Source of the DNA: Candidatus Bathyarchaeota archaeon
Lineage (GTDB): Archaea; Thermoproteota; Bathyarchaeia; 40CM-2-53-6
Assembly (NCBI GenBank): GCA_963733055.1
Contig: CAVTBR010000003.1
Span: 544,001 to 608,000, forward strand
DNA length: 64,000 nt
Direction of reading: 5' to 3'
A program made the position numbers and the translations under genes. Positions within the stretch are counted from its first letter, which is position 1; each line of letters begins with the position of its first letter. The notes under the pieces were generated by a model. That model made no database searches. It was not told the origin of the DNA and was given only the letters and a program-made list of their open reading frames with translations. Below are positions 19,330 to 29,927 of this stretch, in pieces.

Positions 19330-19700
19330 CCAAACAGGGATCGTCTGTTCCAACTCATAGCCGGTCTAGGAGGCGTCTACCTAGTTGAAAGGGCGGAGTC
19401 CACTCAAGAGGGCTAACCCGTTCGCTCTTGCTGGCAGAGAGCTGCCAACACAATTATTTGCGCAGCGATGGTGGAGTCGAGGTGTCTTCGCCGGGGTTGA
19501 GCGCAAGCCCAGCCGAGTTGGTATTTACCAAGTGGAGTTTTCGCGCCTTCACAGTTTTGCTAAGCTTAAACTCGAGACGACCGCTCTGAAAGGTGTCTTG
19601 ATCTATGGAGGAAAAATCCTCTAGAGGCCTTCCTAACATTTACTTGATTGATAGAAAGCCATAAAGAGCAATCTACGCATTCTGGCACCGGTAGTCACTT

Positions 19701-21233
19701 GTGGTATCGAATACTCGCATAATCAGCTCCGTAGCTACCTTCGTTGTGGTCGCAGTACTGTCTTTCTTTCTTCTTTCGCTCTTTCCCTTCTATCCTCTCT
19801 CGGTCGCCTTAGGCCTAGCCCTAGTTCTGGGTCTCGTTGCGATAGAACTGCCCGGGCTTGCCCTAATGCTTTCAACGTTACTCTCCGTTTTGGGGGCCAC
19901 ATACCAAAATCCCTTCATCGGGATAATCTTCCTTGTCGTCTTTATTCTACTATCAACAACCGTGCTTGGCTGGTTCGACGTTGTGATGGTTACAGCTACT
20001 TGGGTTCTCGCGTTCTTCACGGTCCCAGCTCTCGCGATCGTTCCCACGGTCCTCGTTGGGCTTCATGATAAGAGGAAAGATGCAATCCGAGTCGGCGCGA
20101 TTAGTGCCATTTCCCTCTTTCTGCTGAGCTGGGCTAGGAATTTGGGGCAATCGGGGCTCATGTTTGTGCCGTCGCCGAACAATTACGTTCCAAAACCAAT
20201 ACCAGACCCTTGGCAGTTCCAGGCGTTTCTCCCAGGCGCTGACATATTTGCCACCGACAAGATGAGTGCTTTCTATGCAACCCTGGTTTCGAGTATCGGC
20301 GATTTTCGCATCTATGCGCTCATCGTCGCTTGGGCTGTTGCTGGTTTTCTAATCGCCGTCCTGATTCAAAAATGGAAAGGTTACTTGAAGATCGCCGCAG
20401 CTGTTATAGGCGTTCTGCCGATTGCTGTGTTGTCATTCATCTTCGCGCAAACTCCGCCACTCCAAATAGGGGTGGCACTAATCGGGACCGCAGTTGTGTC
20501 CGCAGCTTACGCTTCGATTCAACCACTCATGACGGCACCAACCTTCCCCACCTTCACGAGCCTTGAAGGCCTCGTAACCACGGGAATTCCGTCAAAGTAT
20601 ACGCTTCTCCTAGGTTCGCCGGCCTGCGACGAACGCAACTTGATTGTTCAGCAATTCATTGAATCAGGCGCCGAGAAGAAGGTTCCATCATTCATGGTCA
20701 CATCAGATGCCAGCTTCGCGCAAGCAGCGGCACAGAAATTCGGCGACGTGCTGACTGTCCTAGCCGCGAACCCAAGGGCGACGGCGAGTGAGAAGAATGT
20801 TATCCCGCTCACTACCGGAGTCCAGAACCTTACGTCGCTAAACATTGAGCTTGTCAAGCTCGTGAAAGACCGCACTGGCACCGGAGCCAGGATTGTTCTG
20901 GACGTGGTCTCCGAAGTGATGCTTGCCCAGAAGATGCTTACCACACGCAAATGGATATCGGACATTGTTCCACGTTTTGAGAACTGGGGTTTCACGGTCT
21001 TGGGAGTCTTCAACCCCTCCCTTCACTCAACGGAAGAGGTGCAAGGTCTAATCGAACTTTTCAATGGGTACGTCCAGATCTACGACACAGATTACCAAGG
21101 GAGGACACGCAGAGTCATCGCCGTTCGCAAGATGAGTAACTTGCAATACAACCAAGAAGAACTTGTCGTAGACAAGGAGAAACTAACACACAAGAAAGCG
21201 CCATCAGGCCTTATGAAACGACTGGGCAAGTAA
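19701..21233 (+). CDS. Multi-pass membrane protein fused to a degenerate KaiC/RecA-like domain
   Basis: Many TMs then GIPSKYTLLLGSPACDER (degenerate Walker A), RIVLDVVS, IAVRKM. Confidence 0.72.
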   Translation: MVSNTRIISSVATFVVVAVLSFFLLSLFPFYPLSVALGLALVLGLVAIELPGLALMLSTLLSVLGATYQNPFIGIIFLVVFILLSTTVLGWFDVVMVTATWVLAFFTVPALAIVPTVLVGLHDKRKDAIRVGAISAISLFLLSWARNLGQSGLMFVPSPNNYVPKPIPDPWQFQAFLPGADIFATDKMSAFYATLVSSIGDFRIYALIVAWAVAGFLIAVLIQKWKGYLKIAAAVIGVLPIAVLSFIFAQTPPLQIGVALIGTAVVSAAYASIQPLMTAPTFPTFTSLEGLVTTGIPSKYTLLLGSPACDERNLIVQQFIESGAEKKVPSFMVTSDASFAQAAAQKFGDVLTVLAANPRATASEKNVIPLTTGVQNLTSLNIELVKLVKDRTGTGARIVLDVVSEVMLAQKMLTTRKWISDIVPRFENWGFTVLGVFNPSLHSTEEVQGLIELFNGYVQIYDTDYQGRTRRVIAVRKMSNLQYNQEELVVDKEKLTHKKAPSGLMKRLGK

Positions 21234-21252
21234 CAATCGTCGGTTCCAGGGA

Positions 21253-21507
21253 TTACCCCTTGCGGGCTCGTCGCTCTAACTCTTGTTCGGCCAGCGATGT
21301 GAGCGAGTGGTCGAACTCTTCCAAACCGAGTTTTGGAGCTTCTTTCAAATAGAGCCAGATAACAAGTACACGCCTGCTCTGCGTTGGTGTTTCTGAGGAA
21401 ACAGCGAGCTCAAGGAGCTCACCATCAGAAAGTCCCTCTAGGTTCACCACTAGCCCAAGCCTCCGTTCGAGTTGATCCTGTTCAACCTTCGCCATCCAGG
21501 CTGACAC
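21253..21507 (-). CDS. Small hypothetical protein
   Basis: Helical charged ORF in an otherwise free gap. Confidence 0.45.
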   Translation of the reverse strand: MSAWMAKVEQDQLERRLGLVVNLEGLSDGELLELAVSSETPTQSRRVLVIWLYLKEAPKLGLEEFDHSLTSLAEQELERRARKG

Positions 21508-22043
21508 CTATTTTGCTCTGTTGTAGCCGAAGCCGAGCACCGGTATACTATGCCTCAAGTTAAAAGTTAAATGCTTGCACTGGTGTCGCATCCGAAGCGT
21601 CAGTACATTAAGTAGAATAATTCCACTCTACTTTGCCGCAAAAAGAACATGAAAAATGCTGTCGAAAACGCAAGAGCTGGGTCGAGCCTGCGCATCAGAC
21701 ACAAACCTGCTTCCTTCTCTGACGCCCAATTCTACTGACAACGAACGAAATTCTTTCAAACTTGTCTGGGCAACTAAACGGACAGCCCAAGCATCCTTTC
21801 TCGGCTGAAACTTTGACCTTTGATTCAATGATTGTAGAGTGACTCCGCTGCCGGTCGATTGAAGTTGAACCCGAAACTCACAGCCGTAAACGAATTACGA
21901 CGGAGGCTCTCGTTGAATCCCTTCCAACCCGTCGCCTGTCATACAGGAGCCAATTTGCTTGTGTGAACTGTTCTATCTACACCAAAACTATTAACAAGTA
22001 GCGTGAGCAAGCGTATAACAACTGCATCCTGGAGCTGTGTCAA

Positions 22044-22487
22044 ATGGTCTCGTTTAAGAAACCGACAAAGGAAGACGCCAATATTATGCTTCAGCTTGAG
22101 GGACTCCTGTTGATGGAACCCAACTATAGAGCGATGTACTGGTTCTGGCGGGTATTTCACCCGCAGAAACTTGAGACCGCGGAAGAAATTCGTAGAACCT
22201 ACCCGGCGACGTCTGAGGGACAACGAAACTTGGACCGTATTGCAGCATTCTGGGAATCTGCTGGGACGCTGGTTAAGAATGGGCTTCTGAATGAGCACCT
22301 GTTCTTTGATCGTTTCCTCGTGACACCCTACTGGAATGCTTTGAAACCGGGCGTATTCTTGGACAGGAAGGAAACACGTGAACCACGACTAAGCGAGAAC
22401 TTTGAGTGGCTCGCATTAAGACAAGAGGAAAGGAAACGTCAAGAAGAAGGAAGGAAAACGACTAGTAAGGCAAAATCTCGCGGGTAA
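22044..22487 (+). CDS. DUF4760-like hypothetical protein
   Basis: PTKEDANIMLQL...FWESAGTLVKNGLLNE.LFF...ENFEWLA. Confidence 0.7.
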   Translation: MVSFKKPTKEDANIMLQLEGLLLMEPNYRAMYWFWRVFHPQKLETAEEIRRTYPATSEGQRNLDRIAAFWESAGTLVKNGLLNEHLFFDRFLVTPYWNALKPGVFLDRKETREPRLSENFEWLALRQEERKRQEEGRKTTSKAKSRG

Positions 22488-22711
22488 CCCATGTGCGGGT
22501 AACCGGACTTATGCCTGCGCACTAAAGTGGTGTAAGACAGTTTCCGGGGGTGTTTGACACCCTGCAGCCCATGACTTTGTCAAAGAACTTCTTCTGAGAA
22601 AACGGTGCTGTATTCGATTGTGCGGCCGAGACTAACCACCTTTAGTTGTGAAATCTTATATTAGCTGGCTTGGAAAACCACGCGCATTGATCCGACTAGG
22701 AGTGTACTGGT

Positions 22712-23497
22712 TTGCCGGTAACAGATAGGGTACGGCGTTCGCTTCAAGAGTTCGGGCTCACGGACTACGAAATTCGATCCTACACCTCTCTGCTTGAGAT
22801 AGGGCCTGCCACGGCGAGTGAACTGAGCGAAGCATCGGACGTCCCATACTCAAAGATTTACGAAGTGCTCGGGTCGCTCGAGAAGAAGGGGTGGATAGAG
22901 AGTGAACACGGACGACCGAGCAGGTACTACCCCAAACCACCCTCAGTGGCGATGGAGATCACAAGATCCCAACTTGAGAATGCCTTGAAGACGAACGAAG
23001 CGCTCATTCATGACGAGCTCCAACCGCTGTACGAGAAGAAAGGCGTGAGGGAACATCCTGATATCTGGATTGTTCGCGGAAACTTCAACGTCCTCTCAAA
23101 GATCCGGGAAACAATCGAAAGTGTTCAGAAGGAAGTTCTGGCCGCGGTGCCCGCCATCCCGGACGAGATAGTGGAAATGTTGATTCCTCCGGTCAAGCTG
23201 ATCGCGGAACGAGGAGTCAAGGTGCAAATCATGACCATGAAAAGTCCTATGAGCGAGACGATGACGAAGCTCTCGAAATTCTGCGAGGTTCGTGTTCGTG
23301 AACAGATGTTCGGCGGCGGAATCATCGCCGACGGCCGCGAAGTCATCCTGCTTCTCGGCCAAAGTCGAGATGAAGCGGTCAGCCTTGCAATATGGTCCGA
23401 CCACATCGGACTGTCAAAATTCGCCAAAAACTACTTCGAATACCTATGGTCCGATTCCCTTCCAACGAAGAACTTGAACAAACGAGACCAAACCTAG
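22712..23497 (+). CDS. TrmB-family transcriptional regulator
   Basis: FGLTDYE..Y..LL..G..TASELS...VPYSKIYEVL..LEKKGW...RPSRY plus PLD-like effector domain. Confidence 0.92.
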   Translation: MPVTDRVRRSLQEFGLTDYEIRSYTSLLEIGPATASELSEASDVPYSKIYEVLGSLEKKGWIESEHGRPSRYYPKPPSVAMEITRSQLENALKTNEALIHDELQPLYEKKGVREHPDIWIVRGNFNVLSKIRETIESVQKEVLAAVPAIPDEIVEMLIPPVKLIAERGVKVQIMTMKSPMSETMTKLSKFCEVRVREQMFGGGIIADGREVILLLGQSRDEAVSLAIWSDHIGLSKFAKNYFEYLWSDSLPTKNLNKRDQT

Positions 23498-23560
23498 CCT
23501 TTCCTCGGGACCATTGTTCGCTACTGGCGTGCTATCTGTAGGGTCGGTAGCCAGATGTTG

Positions 23561-24358
23561 CTACGGGGGCGTCAGGGTGATTGTGACTGAATGGTAAGGA
23601 ACGCCGCTGCCCACCGCCGCGGCAGATATTGTTACCGTGTACGTCTGGTTAGCAAGACCGGCAGTATAGATGGTCACTACGTCCCTGCATGAGAACTCAA
23701 TCCTGCAGTATCCCGATGAAGGAACCTTCTGCGATTTGAAAAACCACACATTTTGGGCCGGGATACCGTTCACTGTCTCATGAACTACTCCTGTGAAGCG
23801 GTAGATGGAAGAATAGGTTAGTAGATACGAGACCGACGTTCCCCCGCCTTGGTTTATGGGTGTTGCTGTTTGGGTGATAGCCATGTCGAAATCAGGACTG
23901 GGCCCATTACCGCTTCCAATCGTCCCACTGCTGCAAGTATCGGAACTGGTCTGGGCAGGCGCAGTTAACGTTGTTGTCACGGAATGAGATACGCCAAACG
24001 AATCTGCAACAATGGTTAACATGTATGTCTTGCCGGGGCTGAGATTCCCGACGAATAATGTGTCTGTCGAGATCACGGCTAGGTAGAACGAGCCCATCGA
24101 GAAAGCCGCCACCGGAACACCTATTGCGGTTTCACTAATTGGCGATGTGAAACCTCCGTAGGGAAGGTATGAGACCGTGTATGTTGCTGTACAGCCAACC
24201 TGATTCGGCTGGGAAATGCTCAACCCAAAGTCTCCCCATTCTGCATAAACCCTCGGCGCAGAAGTCTGAAGAACACTGACGCACAAAATTACGGAAACGA
24301 GAAGGAAGGCCACCCCGATGCGGGCTATCTTATGGACTCTCATAGAGTCAATGTCCAC
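23561..24358 (-). CDS. Secreted/surface Ig-like protein (two repeats)
   Basis: Signal peptide; GDFGLSIS...HSVTTTLT and PDFDMAIT...HSVTITLT repeats. Confidence 0.7.
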   Translation of the reverse strand: MDIDSMRVHKIARIGVAFLLVSVILCVSVLQTSAPRVYAEWGDFGLSISQPNQVGCTATYTVSYLPYGGFTSPISETAIGVPVAAFSMGSFYLAVISTDTLFVGNLSPGKTYMLTIVADSFGVSHSVTTTLTAPAQTSSDTCSSGTIGSGNGPSPDFDMAITQTATPINQGGGTSVSYLLTYSSIYRFTGVVHETVNGIPAQNVWFFKSQKVPSSGYCRIEFSCRDVVTIYTAGLANQTYTVTISAAAVGSGVPYHSVTITLTPP

Positions 24359-24542
24359 AACTATTCACCTAGTTGATCCTTGCAAAACAAGAGCTGCATA
24401 TTCTCCTTATAACTCTGAAGGCCTCACGCAGGGCAAATGAACCGGAATTCTCCCCGAATAACCGGGCTTTTCCTTAGAGCCAATGGCTCTGCCCACCCAG
24501 TCAAAGGGCCCAGTTACGAGCGTTCGTCAAAATTGAACGTGG

Positions 24543-24932
24543 TTAGGAGGCTAGGATTGAGTATCTGAGTTGGAATAGTGGAACAAGCTGCTCTACGACC
24601 TCGCCTGATTTTATTTCGACGGTTGCCCATTTCTCTCCTCCCGTATCTTCGGCCTCCTTGACGCAATCTACAACGTAGCTGTCAAGGTTCTCGTCTTGAA
24701 GGACCTTCTTCTCGAAGTTAGGTTCGACCGGGAAGTTGACCCACAGGTGTTCGTCGAAATGCACCCAGACTAGGTCCGTCCCCTTGACTCTGTAAGCCGG
24801 GCACCATTCTCCCGAAACGTCGTCGATCTCTATCGTCTCTTCAATTTCAGGAAGCGTGCGTAGATTCGTTCTGAGTTGTGCGAAAAACTTCTTCTGTTTT
24901 GCATTTTTGACTTTCTCTAGAAATTCTTGCAT
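24543..24932 (-). CDS. Acidic hypothetical protein (YdhG/DUF1801-like fold possible)
   Basis: LPEIEETI...W.PAY...W..V.I pattern. Confidence 0.55.
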   Translation of the reverse strand: MQEFLEKVKNAKQKKFFAQLRTNLRTLPEIEETIEIDDVSGEWCPAYRVKGTDLVWVHFDEHLWVNFPVEPNFEKKVLQDENLDSYVVDCVKEAEDTGGEKWATVEIKSGEVVEQLVPLFQLRYSILAS

Positions 24933-25043
24933 GTTATCTCAGGGTCCTGTGAATTCGATTTCAAGTCAACTTCAGGCCTATTTGAAGCTGATGCGTGCGG
25001 GTTTGCAGAGAGAGGGTGAGCAGTCCGGTGAATGTTGCTGACT

Positions 25044-26501
25044 TTATGAGAGCTTCAAATATGCTTCATGTAGTTCTGTCATGAATTTTGTATGCCATCC
25101 CTCAAACCCTTCAGGTGTCGTCGGATAATTCATGTAATGTTGTATGAGTTTCCTGCTCTTCTCAGCCGTATACCTTAATCCCCTGGCCAACGCGAGCCGG
25201 GGTAATGCCCAGAGAATACGTGCGGGGTTTCCTAGGCTTACACGTTTGAATTCCGGATGCTCTCGCCTTGTAATGCTATCCACATCGTCTTGGCCCAGGA
25301 AATGTTTCATTCCATAGTTCAGGTCATCGTTGCTAAGTATCTGCAGGAAACGTCGAAGGATTTCGAAACTCGCCATCCGATAACCATACGCTCTAACATA
25401 ATCCGTGTTAAATTTCCAGAGGCCCTTCTCGGAGGTGTCGTTTGATTCCAGAGATTCAGCCACCACTTTGCCTGCGATCGTACTGGCGTATAGTGCGGGG
25501 CCTATGCCGCCGGCGTCGATCGGACGGGGCATCCACGCGGCGTCGCCCACAATCATGTAACCGTTGGCAACCATACAATCGTTCTGTCGTCGGACTGGCA
25601 CTTGCCAACTTCCCTTCTCATTTCCCCGATCCTCAACTTCGTCCGTTAGTTTCCAGTTCTTGATTACGGGGTTGGTTCTTACGTATTCATCTATGAGTGA
25701 CTGAAGTGTATCGTTCTTTCCCAACTCCTTGTTTCGCCGTTCGAGCAGCCGCCGCTGAACTCCCAAGCCCACATTCATTTTGTGTTCGCCCTTTGGGAAG
25801 ACCCAGGCGTATCCGCCTGGCGCAATCTCTTGATCCAAGTGGATTATGCAAATATCTGGATCGAAGAATGTGGTATCTTGTTGACCTGACTCGAACTTGA
25901 GGATGTATCGGCCAGTTGACTCCATGTCGTTCTCTTTGTCAATCTCTTTCTCAATGTGGCTCGCGATAGAAAGGCTGGTTCTGAGACGTGAGGCCGAACC
26001 CGTCGCGTCAACGACAAGCTGTGCCGTTTTCTTGAAGGTCGAGTTGTCTTTCGAAGAGCGGCATTGTACACCTCGAATAAAGCTGTCCTCTACGACGAGT
26101 GAGTCAGCGTATGCTTCAAATCGAAATTCAACGCCAAGTTTCTCAGCGTCCCGCAACTGTCGTTGGGGCAAGACTCGGCGGTTGAGCACGTATCCTTCGC
26201 CGTCGAACATCGCTTTGGATTGGTGATCCGGGGAATAGGCTACGACGCCGTGAACTGGCTGTTCAAGCTCGGGCTTTCCGTATCTTATTCCGACTTCTCG
26301 TTCTAAGTAGTCTAGACTATTCTTGCTGACTGCATCACCGCAGACCCATCCAGCCGCGGTTTTTTTGCCGGCTTCGTCTCTTGAGTTTCGGTCAATTACC
26401 AAGATCTTGAGGTTCTGGTTGGAGTGTTTTGCAGCGGAGGCTGCCGTCACCATGCCGGCTATGCCCGCTCCGGCGATGATCACATCGTAATCGGTTTTCA
26501 T
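25044..26501 (-). CDS. Digeranylgeranylglycerophospholipid (geranylgeranyl) reductase family protein
   Basis: GAGIAG FAD motif, VCGDA, PGGYAWVFPK, NVGLG, VGDAA..PIDAGGI. Confidence 0.88.
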   Translation of the reverse strand: MKTDYDVIIAGAGIAGMVTAASAAKHSNQNLKILVIDRNSRDEAGKKTAAGWVCGDAVSKNSLDYLEREVGIRYGKPELEQPVHGVVAYSPDHQSKAMFDGEGYVLNRRVLPQRQLRDAEKLGVEFRFEAYADSLVVEDSFIRGVQCRSSKDNSTFKKTAQLVVDATGSASRLRTSLSIASHIEKEIDKENDMESTGRYILKFESGQQDTTFFDPDICIIHLDQEIAPGGYAWVFPKGEHKMNVGLGVQRRLLERRNKELGKNDTLQSLIDEYVRTNPVIKNWKLTDEVEDRGNEKGSWQVPVRRQNDCMVANGYMIVGDAAWMPRPIDAGGIGPALYASTIAGKVVAESLESNDTSEKGLWKFNTDYVRAYGYRMASFEILRRFLQILSNDDLNYGMKHFLGQDDVDSITRREHPEFKRVSLGNPARILWALPRLALARGLRYTAEKSRKLIQHYMNYPTTPEGFEGWHTKFMTELHEAYLKLS

Positions 26502-26657
26502 GCCGGACTCCTCTTGCGATTGTCAGTTAGAATTGGTTTCACAGAAAAACGTTCAGGTTCAAGAGTTCAGCGAAGTTACGTGTTACAATCAACCTTCAGA
26601 GAGTCCACTACTGAAAACTGAAACGGAAAGGAAAGGAGTTGGGGCTGGCTTTGGAGG

Positions 26658-28334
26658 TTACTTCGTCTTGATCATGCCGTTTTCGATGGTCAAGAGTTCG
26701 GAGCTGGGTGTGTTGAGTGCGCCGAGTGGGCATCCGCATCCTGCGGAGTGGCCTTTACCTTTTCGTAGAGTGCCCTTGTAGAGGCCTTGTTCAAGAGTTG
26801 TGTTATGGGCCTTCTCCCATTCCGCTATTGGGATTCCGTACTTGGGCTGGATAGCGTCTCTGTACCATTCGGGGATTACGTTGAAGGCGCAGAATGGGAT
26901 TATTCTCATGTCTGGGCTGAGGTAGTGGATGTCGCATCGTCGTAGGCGTTCTTCGTCGTGGTTGTACTTGTCCATGAAGTGCATCATGCCGAGGAACATA
27001 GATTTGTGGTGGAATGCTCCCAGGGCGCTGTAGTCGTTCTTGACGAGTGCGTTGAAGAGTAGTTTACTCAACGCTAGGCCCTTGGGTTGTTTGCTTCTGT
27101 CGATGAATGTTCCCATCTTGGCCAGGACTTTCGCTACGACTAGGTACTTGTTCTTGCCGGACTTCAGTTCGTCGGCTTTCTCCTCCAAATATTCCAGAAG
27201 TCCTTCTAAGTCGACGAAGGAGGCTATTGGGACGAGTTTGTCGCCGTCTTTGAAGACGTATGTACCTGCGCCGCACGCGAAGTGTATGGATAGTTCGTAT
27301 CGGGGGCGTTTGGTTAGGGCTTCGACGAAGTGTGTGATTGGGACGCAGCTTGGTACTGGGAACCATGACTCTCTTCCGACCTCTCCGTTTGTTTGTTCCT
27401 CAATGCGTTCGATGCAGTCGGGGATTGTTATTCGGTACTTCTCTCTCTCTGACTTTGAGAGTCTGCCTGTGAGGGATACTGGTTGGAAGTTGACCGCGTG
27501 AATTGTATCCATGTTCCTTTGTCCGAAGCGGATTAGGCCGCCGAGTTCGTGGTCGTTAATGCTCTTGATGACGGTTGGGACTAGAACTACGCCCAAACCG
27601 GCCTTTCGGCATTGCTCAATCGCGATTGGGGCTTCCCAGTGATTCTTGGGGTTAGTTCTTGGTGTGACTCCGTCAAAACTCATGTAAACGGTGTTTACAC
27701 CTGCGTTTCTAACTCTCAATGCCATCTCGGGGTCCTGTGCTAGGTTGATGGCGTTGCTGTTGAGCTGTATGTGCTCAACGCCTTCCTCTCTGCAGATCTT
27801 GATAATCTCAGGAAGGTCGTCCCGGAGGGTTGGTTCTCCACCGGTAATTTGAATTGCATTTCCAGGAACTGGCCTTTCCGCGCGTAGAACTTGGACCATT
27901 TCACGGATCTTCTCTTGGGTCGGCTCATACACGTAAGCGCCCTCGACGCCTTTCTTGGCGTAGAAGAAGCAGTACCAGCAGGTGAGGTCGCAGCGGTTCG
28001 TGATTACGAGGTTGGTTAAGCCTGAGTGGCTTAGGTGGCTTGTGCACAACCCGCAGTTGGTTGGGCAGGCACATTTCTCCAAGGGTACGTTCGGGTTCTC
28101 GATTCCCTTTCCGTTGTGCGAGAATTTGGCGAACTTGTAATACATGTCAGCGGAACCAAAGTAAAGTTCCTCAACCTCCCCGTGCTCTGGGCAGGTTTTG
28201 GCTATCCAAATCTTTCCTTCTCTTTCGTATACGTTAGCGGGAAGGATTCGGTTGCAGTCGGGGCAGATGCTTCGAGTTTCTCGAATCTGTTTAGTCTCGG
28301 TCCTTTCAATCTGAATTGTTTCCATATTAACCAC
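26658..28334 (-). CDS. tes: Tetraether lipid synthase (GDGT-macrocyclic archaeol synthase), radical SAM
   Basis: N-terminal SICPDC...KTCPEHG, CPTNCGLC..H, TNRCDLTCWYCF, NFQPVS, RCDIHY...IIPFCAFN. Confidence 0.88.
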   Translation of the reverse strand: MVNMETIQIERTETKQIRETRSICPDCNRILPANVYEREGKIWIAKTCPEHGEVEELYFGSADMYYKFAKFSHNGKGIENPNVPLEKCACPTNCGLCTSHLSHSGLTNLVITNRCDLTCWYCFFYAKKGVEGAYVYEPTQEKIREMVQVLRAERPVPGNAIQITGGEPTLRDDLPEIIKICREEGVEHIQLNSNAINLAQDPEMALRVRNAGVNTVYMSFDGVTPRTNPKNHWEAPIAIEQCRKAGLGVVLVPTVIKSINDHELGGLIRFGQRNMDTIHAVNFQPVSLTGRLSKSEREKYRITIPDCIERIEEQTNGEVGRESWFPVPSCVPITHFVEALTKRPRYELSIHFACGAGTYVFKDGDKLVPIASFVDLEGLLEYLEEKADELKSGKNKYLVVAKVLAKMGTFIDRSKQPKGLALSKLLFNALVKNDYSALGAFHHKSMFLGMMHFMDKYNHDEERLRRCDIHYLSPDMRIIPFCAFNVIPEWYRDAIQPKYGIPIAEWEKAHNTTLEQGLYKGTLRKGKGHSAGCGCPLGALNTPSSELLTIENGMIKTK

Positions 28335-28577
28335 CGTCTAAGGTAAACTATCCTCGCCGAAGGTTTTCATCTATATTAACGGTTTCCAAACCAAAGCTAA
28401 GGTGAAACGTGGGAACCGAAAACACCCCATTTCCACCCTTTTCACCCCGCTACTAGGGGGATACGGAGTACCAACCGCTGGTCGGTTCCATCTGGATTCT
28501 TGAGTGCATCATACCATCGAGGGTCTCAAAAGCAATTAATTTGGTGTGTAGACTTGCGGTTTCCTGCTGGTTGACCC

Positions 28578-29060
28578 ATGTCCCAAGAGTCGAAGAGCCC
28601 GAGGGAGTCGTTGACGACTATGGTCAGGATTATGATGCCTATGGACGCGAACAATTCTGGCAACGTCTTCGGTGGCGCAATATTACGACTAATCGATGAA
28701 GTGGGGTCCGTCGTAGCTCTCAAGCATGCACGCACAAACGTCGTGACCGCGTCCGTTGACAGAATGGACTTCTATTCCCCCGTCTACATCGGGGACATGC
28801 TCCGGCTTAACGCTTCCATCAACTTCGTTCACCGCACCTCGATGGAGGTAGGGGTTCGTGTAGAGGCTGAGAACCCTTTCACGGGCGAGGTCAGGCATAC
28901 GGGCACCTCCTTCTTAACGTATGTCGGACTTGATCAGAAACGAAAACCCACTATCGTCCCCGCGTTGAGATTGGAAACTGACGAGGACAAGAGGCGGTGG
29001 GCAGAAGGTCAGGAAAGGCGGAAGGCAAGGCTGAAAGAAATCGGCAGACACGAGGATTAA
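28578..29060 (+). CDS. Acyl-CoA thioesterase (HotDog fold)
   Basis: DANNSGNVFGG..L..ID, VVTASVD, TSMEVGV. Confidence 0.92.
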   Translation: MSQESKSPRESLTTMVRIMMPMDANNSGNVFGGAILRLIDEVGSVVALKHARTNVVTASVDRMDFYSPVYIGDMLRLNASINFVHRTSMEVGVRVEAENPFTGEVRHTGTSFLTYVGLDQKRKPTIVPALRLETDEDKRRWAEGQERRKARLKEIGRHED

Positions 29061-29148
29061 CGATAAACCTCCATAGGTACGCGACTAGATTGGAAGGTTC
29101 AGGGACCTTGGCAAAGATTCAACAATCAGTGTTGTTAGGTAGAATCTT

Positions 29149-29388
29149 GTGGTTGAATCTGTGATTGGAGTAGTCATAACATTCGACGATCAGGAAAACA
29201 AGGCGTGGATAACGCTTTCCGAGCCGAACCTTGACGCGTTCATTGGCCACGATGCAACATTCCAATTCTCCAAGACCAAGGATTTCAAGGGCAAAGTCGT
29301 TGGCGTGGAGGATGATTTTCTCGTCGTGAAGTTTGAGGAACCACCCTTAGGCCTTGGGCAGGGAAGCCAAGTAGCGATTGCAGAGTGA
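29149..29388 (+). CDS. Small beta-barrel protein resembling an acidic eL33/L35Ae paralog
   Basis: GVV...FIG...FKGKVVGV...VVKFE...G.G.GSQVAI pattern. Confidence 0.5.
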   Translation: MVESVIGVVITFDDQENKAWITLSEPNLDAFIGHDATFQFSKTKDFKGKVVGVEDDFLVVKFEEPPLGLGQGSQVAIAE

Positions 29389-29512
29389 TCAGGTTTCGAA
29401 TATTGAGTAAATCGTGTACCCAGGCAGCCAGGCGACGGGTAACTATAATTCCATGAACAATCGCTGCAGTACTCCAATGGTATGATCGCGAGAGCTGCAT
29501 GGGGTCGAATAT

Positions 29513-29857
29513 TTGATCAGGAATATAGAGAAAGATTGGCGCGAGCGTGTTGTGAAAAACAACCTAGACCTGATCATACTCCGACTCCTTAGGTCCAGGC
29601 CACAGTGGGGTTACGAGGTTAACATTGCAATTCGAGACCGATACCGAGTTTACCTGAGCGCAGGGACTCTATACCCGCTCCTCCACTCCCTGGAGGCTGA
29701 CGGATTTATACAAGGGGAATGGGAAGCGCAGAAGGGCCGAGGAAGAAGAATTTATAAAATAACTGAAAGCGGAATCAATTTCTTAGAAGCGGGCGAGCGC
29801 GCCACCCTAGAGCTGGCGAGGCTTATACAAGGACAAACCGCACCGCAGAAACCGTAG
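29513..29857 (+). CDS. PadR-family transcriptional regulator
   Basis: LIILRLL..RPQWGYE...SAGTLYPLLHSLE..G...RRIYKITESG. Confidence 0.93.
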   Translation: MIRNIEKDWRERVVKNNLDLIILRLLRSRPQWGYEVNIAIRDRYRVYLSAGTLYPLLHSLEADGFIQGEWEAQKGRGRRIYKITESGINFLEAGERATLELARLIQGQTAPQKP

Positions 29858-29927
29858 CAGTGGTAGAATTTTCTCAGGACGGAAAGCAATATCAGTCGAG
29901 AGAATTAGTTCGAGGCTACGATTTAAC

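Noticed and set aside
19340-19690. Hairpin-containing gap (TGGCAG-N4-CTGCCA) and short ORFs as possible RNase P, SRP or riboswitch
   Set aside because: No recognisable conserved motifs; the ORFs are not protein-like
21508-22043. 530-nt gap with short ORFs
   Set aside because: No motif, repeat array or RNA signature found
22480-22504. Direct repeat GCGGGTAACC x2
   Set aside because: Only two short copies with no associated element
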